Origin: Bacteroidota bacterium
Lineage (GTDB): Bacteria > Bacteroidota > Bacteroidia > 2-12-FULL-35-15
Direction: 5' to 3'
Assembly (NCBI GenBank): GCA_947504725.1
Contig: CANNHN010000004.1
Location: forward strand, 21,090-85,089
DNA length: 64,000 bases
The position numbers and the translations under genes are program-made. This document shows positions 1-9,823 of the stretch, piece by piece. Within the stretch, counting starts at the first letter, position 1, and every line of letters starts with the position of its first letter. The notes beneath the pieces were generated by a model. The model was given only the letters and a program-made list of their open reading frames with translations, did not search any database and had not been told where the DNA came from.

Positions 1-294
1 ATTTTCTTCCACTGTTTTAGAGTCAAACAATGCGCCTCCTTGAAACAACATTCCAATTTCTTTGCGGATATCTTTTTTTCCTGTGAAATCTAAGTTGTAA
101 AAATTTCTTCCATCAAATAATACTTCACCTTCATCAATCTCATTTAATCCAACCATGCATTTTAGCAAAGTTGTTTTTCCTGAGCCACTTTCTCCAATAA
201 TCATATTGGTTTTTCCTTGCTCAAAAGTGAACGTGATATCGTTCAGCACTTTTCGTTCTGAAAATGATTTTGATATATTGTTAACTTGTATCAA
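1..294 (-). CDS. mlaF: ABC transporter ATP-binding subunit, MlaF/Ttg2A type (N-terminal part; runs off the window)
   Basis: Manual translation from TTG at 294, overlapping the mlaE stop: MIQVNNISKSFSERKVLNDITFTFEQGKTNMIIGESGSGKTTLLKCMVGL...IGMLFQGGALFDSKTVEEN. Walker A and Q-loop present. Not in the ORF track because there is no stop in the window. Confidence 0.9.
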   Translation of the reverse strand, partial: MIQVNNISKSFSERKVLNDITFTFEQGKTNMIIGESGSGKTTLLKCMVGLNEIDEGEVLFDGRNFYNLDFTGKKDIRKEIGMLFQGGALFDSKTVEEN

Positions 295-1031
295 ACTAAT
301 AAAACTTGTGTTAAAATTAAATCGAAAGCAAGAATTAAAACGCTTGTATAAACAACACCTTTGGTACTAGAGCGACCTACTTCCAAAGCGCCACCTTTGG
401 TATAATAACCATGGTAGGCAGGAACAGAAGCGATTAGAAAAGCAAAGACACCTGTTTTTATCAACGCATAAATAACGTTAAACGGTCTGAACTGATAAGT
501 GATTCCGAGAATGTATTCGAAATCAGTCACCACTCCAGCCATCAAGCCGAAAACGTAACCGCCTAGAATACCTAAGAACATGGAGAATATAATTAAAATG
601 GGGTTGAATAGAACAGAAGCAATTATTTTAGGGACAATTAAATATCCGGCAGAGTTGATTCCCATGATCTCTAAAGCATCGATCTGCTCCGTAACACGCA
701 TTGTCCCTATCTCGGATGCAATGCTAGAGCCAATTTTACCAGCTAGGATCAAACTTACAATAGCGGGTGAAAACTCCAAAATCATTGTATCACGAACAGC
801 AACACCAACAGCGTAAGGAGGGATAAGCGGACTTTCAAAGTTAAAGGCCGTTTGAATAGTAATAACGGCACCCATAAAAACGGAGATGATGGCAACAATT
901 CCTAGCGATCCAACTCCAAGTGAATACATCTCTTCCATTATCCGATGGCGGTAAATGGAAAACTTTTCTGGCTTGCCGAAAGCCCGTTTCATCAGAATAT
1001 AATATTGACCGAAGTGAAAAAAGATATTCAT
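291..1031 (-). CDS. mlaE: MlaE-family ABC transporter permease
   Basis: Signature AGKIGSSIASEIGTMRVTEQIDALEIMG; multiple TM segments; adjacent to the MlaF-type ATPase. Confidence 0.93.
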   Translation of the reverse strand: MNIFFHFGQYYILMKRAFGKPEKFSIYRHRIMEEMYSLGVGSLGIVAIISVFMGAVITIQTAFNFESPLIPPYAVGVAVRDTMILEFSPAIVSLILAGKIGSSIASEIGTMRVTEQIDALEIMGINSAGYLIVPKIIASVLFNPILIIFSMFLGILGGYVFGLMAGVVTDFEYILGITYQFRPFNVIYALIKTGVFAFLIASVPAYHGYYTKGGALEVGRSSTKGVVYTSVLILAFDLILTQVLLV

Positions 1032-1137
1032 TTGTGGCTATGCCAATTTTGAAGTTGAATGCAGGGTAAAAATAAGAATAATTGACCACAAATGATATGT
1101 TTTGTTTTTGCTATCTTTGTATATCAACCTTTCGATC

Positions 1138-1287
1138 ATGCGACACGGTATCCGAACATCTTTAAAACTAATTGCAATCGTACTAGTGATTTCATTAGTC
1201 TCTAGTTGCTTTGCTACTCGTAAGAAAAACCGTTGTGGCGATTGCCCGAAATGGAAAATCGAATTCACTGATTTTCTGATTAAATAA
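1138..1287 (+). CDS. Small putative lipoprotein (49 aa) with CxxC
   Basis: MRHGIRTSLKLIAIVLVISLVSSC (basic n-region, h-region, lipobox) followed by KKNRCGDCPKW; TATCTTTG -7 motif at 1112-1119. Confidence 0.55.
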   Translation: MRHGIRTSLKLIAIVLVISLVSSCFATRKKNRCGDCPKWKIEFTDFLIK

Positions 1288-1372
1288 CGTTCAATTTCGT
1301 TTTAAAATACCACCTTTTAGGTATCCGTTTTGCTCAATAAATGGGTTAAAATGCGTACTTTTGCGAGTATAC

Positions 1373-1618
1373 ATGATAAAAGCGTTGAAAAATTTAGCAG
1401 AACTAAAAATAGGACAAAGTGCCATTATCGATTCGTTTACCGATCAAGATATGGCATTGAAACTATTGGAAATGGGCTGCACTCCTGGCGAAGTTGTAAA
1501 GCTCGACCGAATTGCTCCATTAGGTGACCCGATTGCTATTTCAGTTGCTGGATATTTGCTTAGTTTAAGAAAAGCAGAAGCTTCTACAGTTCTTGTATCT
1601 CTCATTCCAGCCAGCTAA
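1373..1618 (+). CDS. feoA: Ferrous iron transport protein A
   Basis: LLEMGCTPGEVVKLDRIAPLGDPIAISVAGYLLSLRKAEA FeoA signature; directly upstream of feoB; ATG at 1373 preferred. Confidence 0.95.
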   Translation: MIKALKNLAELKIGQSAIIDSFTDQDMALKLLEMGCTPGEVVKLDRIAPLGDPIAISVAGYLLSLRKAEASTVLVSLIPAS

Positions 1619-1629
1619 CCAATTTTGTT

Positions 1630-3771
1630 GTGGAGCCAAACGCATCTTTTGTTAATTTTTCTGATAAATCAACTTTAAAAGTTGCCCTCGTTGGAAATCC
1701 TAACAGTGGAAAATCTACTTTATTTAATGCACTTACTGGCCTTCACCAAAAGACAGGAAATTTTCCAGGTGTTACAGTAGATAAAAAATCAGGATTCGCT
1801 AAATTAAGTCCAACTGTTACTGCCGAATTTATTGATTTGCCTGGAACCTATAGTTTGTATCCAAAATCGCTAGATGAACGTGTAGCCTTTGAAGTGCTTT
1901 GCAACCATCAAAATTCCAATCATCCCGATGTTACCATTATAGTTGCTGATGCCAGTAATTTAAAACGAAATTTATTTCTGGTTTCTCAAATCATTGATTT
2001 AAAAATTCCAGTGATTTTAGTCTTGAACATGATGGATATGGTGGAGAAAGATGGTGATGTGATTGATGCAATTCGGCTTTCAGAAAAACTGGGAGTAAAG
2101 GTTGTTGGAATAAGTGCAAGAAATAATGAAGGCGTGGAGGTGTTGAAGCAGGCGTTGTTGCAACCTCTCTCTGTTCCTCAATACGATTTCATCGACATAA
2201 AAAAAATTGCTCCTGATGCAATTGAAAAAGTGAAATCTGTGATAAAGGTGAAAAGTGATTTTGCCGCTTTTCAAATTATAAATAATCTTTCTGATATTAA
2301 TTATTTGCAGAATAAAGAAACGCAAATCAAAATTACAGATGCGCTTAATACTTTAATTATTGATACCAATAAGCTTCAATCGCTCGAAAGTGTTGAACGA
2401 TATAAAGTCATCAATCGTATTGTTGAAGAATGCATCACGCATAAATCATCAATTAAAACAGAATCCTTTACTCATAAATTAGATGGTGTGTTAACACACC
2501 GCATTTGGGGCTACGCCATTTTTCTTTTGGTGTTATTTTTTATTTTTCAGACAATCTTTTTTCTAGCAGCCTTTCCAATGGAATGGATTGAAAGTTTGTT
2601 TGTTTTTATTTCTGAAGCAACAGCTAACGTTCTTCCTGCAGGAGAACTTAGCAATTTATTGGTAAACGGAATTATTGCAGGTTTGAGTGGAGTAGTAGTA
2701 TTTGTTCCGCAAATTGCATTGTTGTTTGCATTCATTGCCATTTTAGAAGATACAGGTTACATGGCAAGAGTGAGTTTTATCATGGATAAACTGATGCGAA
2801 AATTTGGATTAAACGGCCGTTCGGTTATCCCATTGATAAGCGGAGTTGCCTGTGCCGTTCCCGCAATCATGAGCGCACGCACTATCAGCAGCTGGAAAGA
2901 GCGTATCATTACTATTTTTGTAACACCGTTGATGAGTTGTTCGGCACGACTACCTGTGTATACCTTGTTGATTTCATTAGTTGTACCTCAAGATAAAAAT
3001 TCTGGATTTTTTAATTATCAAGGTTTGATATTGATGGCTTTGTATCTCATTGGATTTATTGCAGCGATTGGAGCTGCATGGGTGATGAAGTGGATTTTGA
3101 AAGCAAAGGAAAAAAGTTATTTCATTATGGAATTGCCGGTATACCGCAGTCCACAATGGCGAACAGTAGGGTTGACTATTTACGATAAAGTAAAAATGTT
3201 TTTGTTTGATGCAGGGAAAATCATTGTTGCGATTTCTATCATACTTTGGTTTTTATCCTCACATGCGCCAGGAAATAAATTTGCGGAGATTGATAAAAAA
3301 TATGAAGGAAATATTTTTTGGAAAGAAACACCTGATGAGATGGGTGCAAAAGTTGAGTCTGAAAAATTAGAAGCTTCGTATGCGGGAATGCTTGGAAAAT
3401 CAATAGAGCCAGCAATTAAACCTCTGGGCTTCGATTGGAAAATTGGAATTTCCTTAATCACTTCTTTTGCAGCACGTGAAGTTTTTGTTGGGACAATGGC
3501 AACAATTTACAGTGCAGGAAATACAGATAACACACAAACTATTCGTGAAAAAATGCTAGCAGAAAAAGATCCAGTAACTGGAAAAGCAAAGTATTCAATA
3601 GCAGTAGGATTTTCTTTGATGATTTTTTATGCCTTTGCCATGCAATGCATGAGTACACTTGCAGTTGTTTATCGCGAAACAAAAAGCTGGAAATGGCCAA
3701 CTGTTCAGTTTTTCTTCATGGGCGCACTTGCTTATCTTTCTAGTTTTATTACCTACCAGTTATTAAAGTAG
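1630..3771 (+). CDS. feoB: Ferrous iron transport protein B
   Basis: G1 GNPNSGKS, GNFPGVTV, DLPG, NMMD; membrane domain with LEDTGYMAR and CSARLPVY. Confidence 0.97.
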   Translation: MEPNASFVNFSDKSTLKVALVGNPNSGKSTLFNALTGLHQKTGNFPGVTVDKKSGFAKLSPTVTAEFIDLPGTYSLYPKSLDERVAFEVLCNHQNSNHPDVTIIVADASNLKRNLFLVSQIIDLKIPVILVLNMMDMVEKDGDVIDAIRLSEKLGVKVVGISARNNEGVEVLKQALLQPLSVPQYDFIDIKKIAPDAIEKVKSVIKVKSDFAAFQIINNLSDINYLQNKETQIKITDALNTLIIDTNKLQSLESVERYKVINRIVEECITHKSSIKTESFTHKLDGVLTHRIWGYAIFLLVLFFIFQTIFFLAAFPMEWIESLFVFISEATANVLPAGELSNLLVNGIIAGLSGVVVFVPQIALLFAFIAILEDTGYMARVSFIMDKLMRKFGLNGRSVIPLISGVACAVPAIMSARTISSWKERIITIFVTPLMSCSARLPVYTLLISLVVPQDKNSGFFNYQGLILMALYLIGFIAAIGAAWVMKWILKAKEKSYFIMELPVYRSPQWRTVGLTIYDKVKMFLFDAGKIIVAISIILWFLSSHAPGNKFAEIDKKYEGNIFWKETPDEMGAKVESEKLEASYAGMLGKSIEPAIKPLGFDWKIGISLITSFAAREVFVGTMATIYSAGNTDNTQTIREKMLAEKDPVTGKAKYSIAVGFSLMIFYAFAMQCMSTLAVVYRETKSWKWPTVQFFFMGALAYLSSFITYQLLK

Positions 3772-3810
3772 TTCATTGTTTTTTCTTTTTAACAATACTC
3801 TCTCGCGAAC

Positions 3811-3893
3811 GTCATCCCGTGCCCCGACACGGGATCTGCTTATTGTGTGCAGTGCTTCTAACAGGGAGATCCCGTGTCGTGGCACGGGATAAC
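3811..3893. repeat. REP/REPIN-like inverted pair of palindromes
   Basis: GTCATCCCGTGCCCCGACACGGGATCT ... AGATCCCGTGTCGTGGCACGGGATAAC: two self-complementary units in inverted orientation. Confidence 0.8.
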
Positions 3894-3943
3894 GGTTGAT
3901 AAAAAAGTAGACTTTCAACAAATTAGATTCGTAAATTTGTTTT

Positions 3944-4603
3944 GTGAATCAGCTCGAACGCAATCAATCCATCCTTCATAAATATATTCCTGAAAATGCG
4001 GTGCCTGTTATTTCCGAGTGGATTTATAAATTCGATTTCAAATTAAAAATTAAAAAAAGTCGTAGTTCAAAGTATGGTGATTATCGTCCTCCGTTTAGAG
4101 GAGAAAACCATTTGATCACGATTAATTACGATATGAACAAGTATGCATTTCTGATTACACTTGTTCATGAAATTGCTCATTTGTCAACGTATAATAAACA
4201 CAAAGACAATGTAAAACCGCATGGAGATGAGTGGAAGTTGCATTATAAATTATTGATGCAACAGTTTTTGATTCCAGATATTTTTCCTGTAGATGTGATA
4301 ACTGCTTTGCGGAAATACATGAACAATCCAGCGGCATCCAGTTGCTCGGATACCAACCTTTTACGAATCCTCAAAAACTACGATATTCGTGAAAATACAG
4401 TTCTTTTGGAAGATATTCCAGAAGGAGCAACCTTCTCGTATAATGATAATCGTCACTTCATAAAAGGCCCTCAATCCCGAAAACGCATCAAATGTATAGA
4501 TGTGAATAGCAAGGCGACCTACCTGTTTAACCCTATTACCGAAGTATTGGTAATTCATACTCCTTTGTTTGCCGAAAATAAGGCAAAAATCACCAATAAT
4601 TAA
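3944..4603 (+). CDS. SprT-like zinc metalloprotease domain protein
   Basis: TLVHEIAH (HExxH) plus KPHGDEWK, typical of SprT domains. Confidence 0.85.
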   Translation: MNQLERNQSILHKYIPENAVPVISEWIYKFDFKLKIKKSRSSKYGDYRPPFRGENHLITINYDMNKYAFLITLVHEIAHLSTYNKHKDNVKPHGDEWKLHYKLLMQQFLIPDIFPVDVITALRKYMNNPAASSCSDTNLLRILKNYDIRENTVLLEDIPEGATFSYNDNRHFIKGPQSRKRIKCIDVNSKATYLFNPITEVLVIHTPLFAENKAKITNN

Positions 4604-4636
4604 TCAACAAATAAGCACAAGGTATTGGGTTTTTGT

Positions 4637-4777
4637 TAAATTTGTTTCAGCAAGTAATTGCATTTGTTTTTTAATGCAATTATACTTGCTGAAATGCCGA
4701 TGCTACATATAAATAGGCTTATGCAATTAGACTATATTAGATGTGCTTTCGGTATTACAGCAAGATTTACCAATTAA
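4637..4777 (+). promoter_or_regulatory. Promoter (-7 TAAATTTG) followed by a structured leader with alternative hairpins
   Basis: Inverted repeat 4645-4664/4673-4694; alternative pairing 4685-4700 with 4749-4764. Confidence 0.45.
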
Positions 4778-4799
4778 TAACGCTTAAAATTTTCAAAAG

Positions 4800-6092
4800 A
4801 TGAGTGCAAATACAATGGAAAAAAACATCGATTTAAAAGTATCTAAACTGGCTCAAAATATTATTGGGTCGGAAATTATAAAATTGGCTGCTGAGGTAAA
4901 TGAAAAAATTAAGCAAGGTGAAAAAGTATATAATTTTACGATAGGTGATTTTAATCCAAAGTTGTTTCCTATTCCTGCAGAATTAAAAGCTGCAATTATT
5001 GCTGCGTATGAAGATGATCAAACAAATTATCCTGCTGCAGATGGAATGTTGGAATTGCGTCAATCGGTAGCGAAACTTTTGAAAGAACGTGGAGACTTAG
5101 ATTATAAAACAGATGAGATCGTAATTGCTGGTGGAGCTCGTCCAGTTATTTATGCGATTTTTAAAGCATTAGTAGATGAGGGAGATACTGTTGTATTTCC
5201 TGTTCCTTCTTGGAACAATAATCACTATACATATTTAAACAATGCTAAGCCAGTGTTGATAGAAACAACTCCTGAAAATAAATTTATGCCAACTGCGGCT
5301 GATTTTAAACCGTATGTTGGAGTAGCAAATTTATTCGCTTTGTGCTCACCTTTAAATCCAACAGGAACAACATTTCGTAAAAAAGATTTAGAAGAAATTT
5401 GCGATATGATTTTGGTTGAAAATGATAAACGTTTAGCAGAGAATAAAAAACCTTTGTATTTGATGTACGATCAAATTTATTGGGAATTAACTTTTGGAGA
5501 AACGAAGCATTATAATCCTGTTTCTCTTCGTCCAGCAATGAAAAATTATACCGTATTTGTGGATGGAATTTCTAAATCATTATCAGCAACAGGAGTAAGA
5601 GTTGGTTGGAGCATGGGTCCGAAAAAAATTATTGAAAAAATGAAATCCATTTTAACGCATGTTGGAGCTTGGGCTCCTAAGGCAGAACAAATGGCAACTG
5701 CAGTCTATCTGAATGATTTAAAAAACTACGAAGTATTTTTAAGTGATATCAAATCAAAGATCAACGACCGATTAGTTGGAATTTACAAAGGTTTCCAAAG
5801 TTTAAAAGCAGAAGGATTTAAAGTAGATGCTATCGCTCCGGAAGCAGCCATTTATTTAACCGTGCAGTTTGCATTGCATGGACAAACAAAAGCGGATGGA
5901 ACGGTTTTGAAAACAACTCAGGATGTTACCAAATATATTTTGGATGAAGCAAAAGTTGCATTGGTACCTTTTTATGCTTTTGGTGCGTCAGATGATTCAA
6001 ATTGGTATCGTTTGTCGGTTGGAACTTGCAAAGTAGAAGAAATAGAAGCAGTGATTGAAAGTTTGAGAAGTGCATTAAAAAAATTAAAATAA
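4800..6092 (+). CDS. PLP-dependent class I/II aminotransferase (aspartate aminotransferase-like)
   Basis: CSPLNPTG, MYDQIY, GISKSLSATGVRVGW (PLP lysine), YRLS. Confidence 0.92.
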   Translation: MSANTMEKNIDLKVSKLAQNIIGSEIIKLAAEVNEKIKQGEKVYNFTIGDFNPKLFPIPAELKAAIIAAYEDDQTNYPAADGMLELRQSVAKLLKERGDLDYKTDEIVIAGGARPVIYAIFKALVDEGDTVVFPVPSWNNNHYTYLNNAKPVLIETTPENKFMPTAADFKPYVGVANLFALCSPLNPTGTTFRKKDLEEICDMILVENDKRLAENKKPLYLMYDQIYWELTFGETKHYNPVSLRPAMKNYTVFVDGISKSLSATGVRVGWSMGPKKIIEKMKSILTHVGAWAPKAEQMATAVYLNDLKNYEVFLSDIKSKINDRLVGIYKGFQSLKAEGFKVDAIAPEAAIYLTVQFALHGQTKADGTVLKTTQDVTKYILDEAKVALVPFYAFGASDDSNWYRLSVGTCKVEEIEAVIESLRSALKKLK

Positions 6093-6097
6093 AATTT

Positions 6098-7186
6098 GTG
6101 AAGAATAATTATTGTGTGATAATGGCAGGTGGCGTTGGAAGCCGTTTTTGGCCGATGAGCAAAACATCTCATCCTAAACAGTTCATGGATATTTTAGGAA
6201 CCGGCAAAACACTTTTGCAACAAACCTATAATCGTTTTTTACGTCTTTGTCCGAAAGAAAACATTTACATTGTCACCAACGAAGCATATGTTGATTTGGT
6301 AAAAGAGCAAATCAAAGGAATTGCTTCTCAGAATATTTTGAGTGAACCGGCTCGTAAAAATACAGCTCCGTGTGTAGCATATGCCTGTTATAAAATTGCA
6401 CAAATGAATCCAGATGCATTAACAGTTGTTGCTCCTTCAGATCACTTGATTGTTAAAGAAGAAACGTTTGTAAAAGCAATAAAAGCTTGTTATTTAAAAG
6501 CAGCTTCGGAAGATTGTTTGGTAACTCTTGGAATTCGCCCAAGTCGACCAGATACTGGATACGGTTATATTCAGTTTGTTGAATCTGAATCAAAAGAAAA
6601 AGACAAACGAATTAAAAAAGTAAAAACATTTACTGAAAAGCCAGATTTAGAAATGGCAAAATTCTTTTTGCAGAGTGGCGATTTTTTATGGAATTCCGGT
6701 ATTTTTATTTGGAGTGTAAAAAGTGTCATCAAAGCTTTTGAACAACATTCTCCTGATATGGATGCAATTTTTAAAGAAGGAAATGATGTATATAATACTC
6801 CTAAAGAAGCAGAATTTATTGCTAAGGCATATTCCGGTTGTAAAAATATTTCTATCGATTATGCTATTATGGAAAAAGCAGAAAATGTGTATGTTCGTTC
6901 ATCCATAATTGGTTGGAGTGACTTAGGAACATGGGGCTCGTTGTATGATCACATCAAACAAGATGACAATAACAATGCTGTTGTTGGAAAAAATGTGATG
7001 TTGTACGATTCTAAAAATTGTATCGTAAATGTTTCAAAAGATAAATTGGTGGTGATGCAAGGTTTGGAAGATTACATTGTAGTTGAATCGGATGGAATCT
7101 TGTTAATCTGTAAAAAACAAGATGAACAGGAAATCAAAACATTTGTAAACGATGTTAAAGTTCACAAAGGTGATAAGTTTGTTTAA
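6098..7186 (+). CDS. Mannose-1-phosphate guanylyltransferase
   Basis: IMAGGVGSRFWPMS..PKQF, EPARKNTAP, PSDH, TGYGYI, FTEKP, WNSGIF, WSDLGTW. Confidence 0.95.
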   Translation: MKNNYCVIMAGGVGSRFWPMSKTSHPKQFMDILGTGKTLLQQTYNRFLRLCPKENIYIVTNEAYVDLVKEQIKGIASQNILSEPARKNTAPCVAYACYKIAQMNPDALTVVAPSDHLIVKEETFVKAIKACYLKAASEDCLVTLGIRPSRPDTGYGYIQFVESESKEKDKRIKKVKTFTEKPDLEMAKFFLQSGDFLWNSGIFIWSVKSVIKAFEQHSPDMDAIFKEGNDVYNTPKEAEFIAKAYSGCKNISIDYAIMEKAENVYVRSSIIGWSDLGTWGSLYDHIKQDDNNNAVVGKNVMLYDSKNCIVNVSKDKLVVMQGLEDYIVVESDGILLICKKQDEQEIKTFVNDVKVHKGDKFV

Positions 7187-7863
7187 TCCACAGCCTTTCC
7201 ATCAGTAAATTTTTTTCCTCTATACGCTCCTGAAAAATACACAATGAACTTCGCTCCGAAAATAGCTTGTTCTTGATTCAAGTCTGCAAAAAAAGTTAGA
7301 CCCGCTCCAACATCATAGGTGATTTTTTTTACTGCTTCAATTTGAGCATAAATACCTGGTTTGCTAAACGGTCGAGTATAAACAGTATCACCTACCTTGG
7401 CATATCCCGTTGAATAAGACAATCCAGCGAATCCTGCAAAGTGAATATCTTTGTCTTCATATCGTTTTCCGTATCCTGCATGGAATTGATAGTTGTCGTA
7501 AAATCCAAATGATTCTCCAGAGATAAAGGTTCCTAACTGAAAATAATGTTGTTTCAGATGAAAGTTGAAATCTAGGCCGCCAGCAAAACCAATTTTTCTT
7601 TTATATGTTAAATTCTGATTAAACCCACCACCGACAGTTAGCCAATTGTTGTAGTAGCGCAATTTTTTATTTTTTAAAACAAATGTGCTATCAACAGGAG
7701 GAAGGCGTTTTTTCTTTTTCCCAGTTATTGTCGTTTGTGTTTCTGGAGTTTCTTCAACTATTTTATAGCGCTTACCATTTATCACTGTATCGGTTTGCGA
7801 AAAAGCAGAAGTAGCAATAAAATTAATTGCTAAGAATATCAGAAAGTAAAAATGCTTTTTCAA
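7183..7863 (-). CDS. Hypothetical secreted / outer-membrane beta-barrel-like protein
   Basis: Signal peptide ending AFS-Q; alternating aromatic/Gly beta-strand pattern. Confidence 0.65.
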   Translation of the reverse strand: MKKHFYFLIFLAINFIATSAFSQTDTVINGKRYKIVEETPETQTTITGKKKKRLPPVDSTFVLKNKKLRYYNNWLTVGGGFNQNLTYKRKIGFAGGLDFNFHLKQHYFQLGTFISGESFGFYDNYQFHAGYGKRYEDKDIHFAGFAGLSYSTGYAKVGDTVYTRPFSKPGIYAQIEAVKKITYDVGAGLTFFADLNQEQAIFGAKFIVYFSGAYRGKKFTDGKAVD

Positions 7864-7946
7864 AATCGTAAAAGTAATATTAAAGGGGATGATTATTGTT
7901 AACGAAGATTGTCCTACTTATAGTGTGTTGTTTCTTATTCATGTTA

Positions 7947-8044
7947 GAGATTGCTTCTCTTCGCTCGCAATGGCGTTCTTTAAAAACGTATCATTGTATT
8001 GACCGTCATTGCGAGTCCCGCATTTTCGCGGGATGTGGCAATCT
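7947..8044. repeat. REP-like inverted palindrome pair (GTCATTGCGAG type)
   Basis: GAGATTGCTTC...CTCGCAATGGCG and CGTCATTGCGAG...GTGGCAATCT. Confidence 0.7.
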
Positions 8045-8064
8045 TCCCCATTAGAAAGAAAATG

Positions 8065-9462
8065 CTACTTCATTGATCCACACATATCTTCCGGTTTCAC
8101 CCATTCATCAAACTGTTCGTTGGTTACATAACCCAATTCAATAGCTGCTTCACGCAACGTTTTATTTGCTTTATGTGCTGTCTTTGCAATTTTCGCTGCT
8201 TTCTCGTAACCAATATGCGTGTTCAACGCTGTTACCAACATCAACGAATTTTCTAAATGTTGTTTTAACATTGGTAAGTTTGGTTCAATTCCTACCGCAC
8301 AATTATCGTTGAAAGAAACACAAGCATCACCAATCAAACGTGCCGACTGCAATACGTTTGCAGCAATCACTGGTTTAAAAACGTTCAATTCAAAATGTCC
8401 GTTCATTCCACCAATAGAAACAGCAACATCATTTCCCATTACCTGAGCACAAACCATTGTCAATGCTTCTGGTTGTGTAGGATTTACTTTTCCAGGCATA
8501 ATTGAAGAACCCGGTTCGTTATCTGGAATAATTAATTCTCCAATTCCTGAGCGCGGACCAGAAGACAACATTCTAATATCGTTTGCAATTTTCATTAATG
8601 AAACAGCTGTACGTTTTAATGCTCCTGATAATTCAACCATAGCATCATGTGCAGCAAGTGCTTCAAATTTATTTGGTGCAGTAACAAACGGTAAGCCTGT
8701 TAATTCTGCAATTTTTTTCGCAACTAAAACATCGTATCCTTTTGGTGTGTTCAATCCTGTTCCTACAGCTGTTCCGCCCAATGCTAATTCACGAACCATT
8801 TCCAAAGCATTTTTAATTGCACGGATGCCATTCGTTAATTGCTGTGCATATCCTCCAAACTCTTGTCCAAGTGTTAAAGGTGTTGCATCCATAAAGTGAG
8901 TACGACCCGTTTTTACAATATTTTTAAAGTCGTTTGATTTTTTTACTAATGTATCTCTTAGTTTTTCAACTCCAGGAAGTGTAATATCCACAACTTGTTT
9001 GTAAGATGCAATGTGCATTGCAGTTGGATAGGTATCGTTTGACGATTGTGATTTATTTACATCATCATTTGGATGCAATACTTTTTTCTCGTCTGCTAGT
9101 TTCCCACCACTCATTACATGTGCACGGTAGGCGATTACCTCATTCGCATTCATGTTGGATTGAGTTCCTGAACCCGTTTGCCAAATTACCAATGGAAACT
9201 GATCATCTAATTTCCCTGCAATAATTTCATCACAAGCTTTTGCAATAAGGTCTTTTTTATCAGCCGATAAAACACCCAATTCACAATTAGCCATTGCAGC
9301 CGCTTTTTTCAGATAACCGAATGCATATATAATTTCCTTCGGCATACTTGCTTCAGGTCCTATTTTAAAATTGTTGCGGGAACGTTCTGTTTGTGCTCCC
9401 CAATATTTGTCGGCAGGTACTTTTACCTCGCCCATTGTGTCTGTTTCGATTCTGTATTCCAT
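8065..9462 (-). CDS. fumC: Class II fumarate hydratase
   Basis: [34 protein letters not shown] signature. Confidence 0.98.
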   Translation of the reverse strand: MEYRIETDTMGEVKVPADKYWGAQTERSRNNFKIGPEASMPKEIIYAFGYLKKAAAMANCELGVLSADKKDLIAKACDEIIAGKLDDQFPLVIWQTGSGTQSNMNANEVIAYRAHVMSGGKLADEKKVLHPNDDVNKSQSSNDTYPTAMHIASYKQVVDITLPGVEKLRDTLVKKSNDFKNIVKTGRTHFMDATPLTLGQEFGGYAQQLTNGIRAIKNALEMVRELALGGTAVGTGLNTPKGYDVLVAKKIAELTGLPFVTAPNKFEALAAHDAMVELSGALKRTAVSLMKIANDIRMLSSGPRSGIGELIIPDNEPGSSIMPGKVNPTQPEALTMVCAQVMGNDVAVSIGGMNGHFELNVFKPVIAANVLQSARLIGDACVSFNDNCAVGIEPNLPMLKQHLENSLMLVTALNTHIGYEKAAKIAKTAHKANKTLREAAIELGYVTNEQFDEWVKPEDMCGSMK

Positions 9463-9548
9463 AATAGTGATAGAGTGATAAGGTTATAATGTAATAGTGT
9501 TGATTAATTTAGATTCAAATTTAAGGTTTTTTTGATGAGGATTAGTAT

Positions 9549-9778
9549 GGGAACGCAGATTTCTTATGATGGTTATGATAAGGTATGATTTTAAGGGGTT
9601 TCTTGTAATCATAAGATACTCCATTCCCCTCTTGAGAGGAGCTAGGCCTGCCTGCCGGACAGGCAGGGGTGTGTATTGGTTAATTATAATTAAGATAAAA
9701 TATGTTTATATAAATCATAATTTATTTCACTATTGTTTTATCCTTTTAATCATAAAAATCATAAGAAATCTGCGTTCC
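9549..9778. repeat. Nested palindromic repeat element
   Basis: Outer inverted repeat GGAACGCAGATTTCTTATGAT (9550-) / ATCATAAGAAATCTGCGTTCC (-9778) encloses ATTCCCCTCTTGAGAGGAGCTAGG...GGGGTGTGT, which itself contains CCTGCCTGCCGGACAGGCAGG. Confidence 0.75.
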
Positions 9779-9823
9779 TATTCTCGCTTTCTGCGTATCA
9801 CTCTCAAACCAAAACCAAATTTC

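Noticed and set aside
9566-9823. 86-aa N-terminal extension of the transposase in the ORF track
   Set aside because: It is read-through of nested palindromic repeats (IPLLRGARPACRTGRGV, IIKIIRNLRS); the protein-like sequence starts at ATG 9824.
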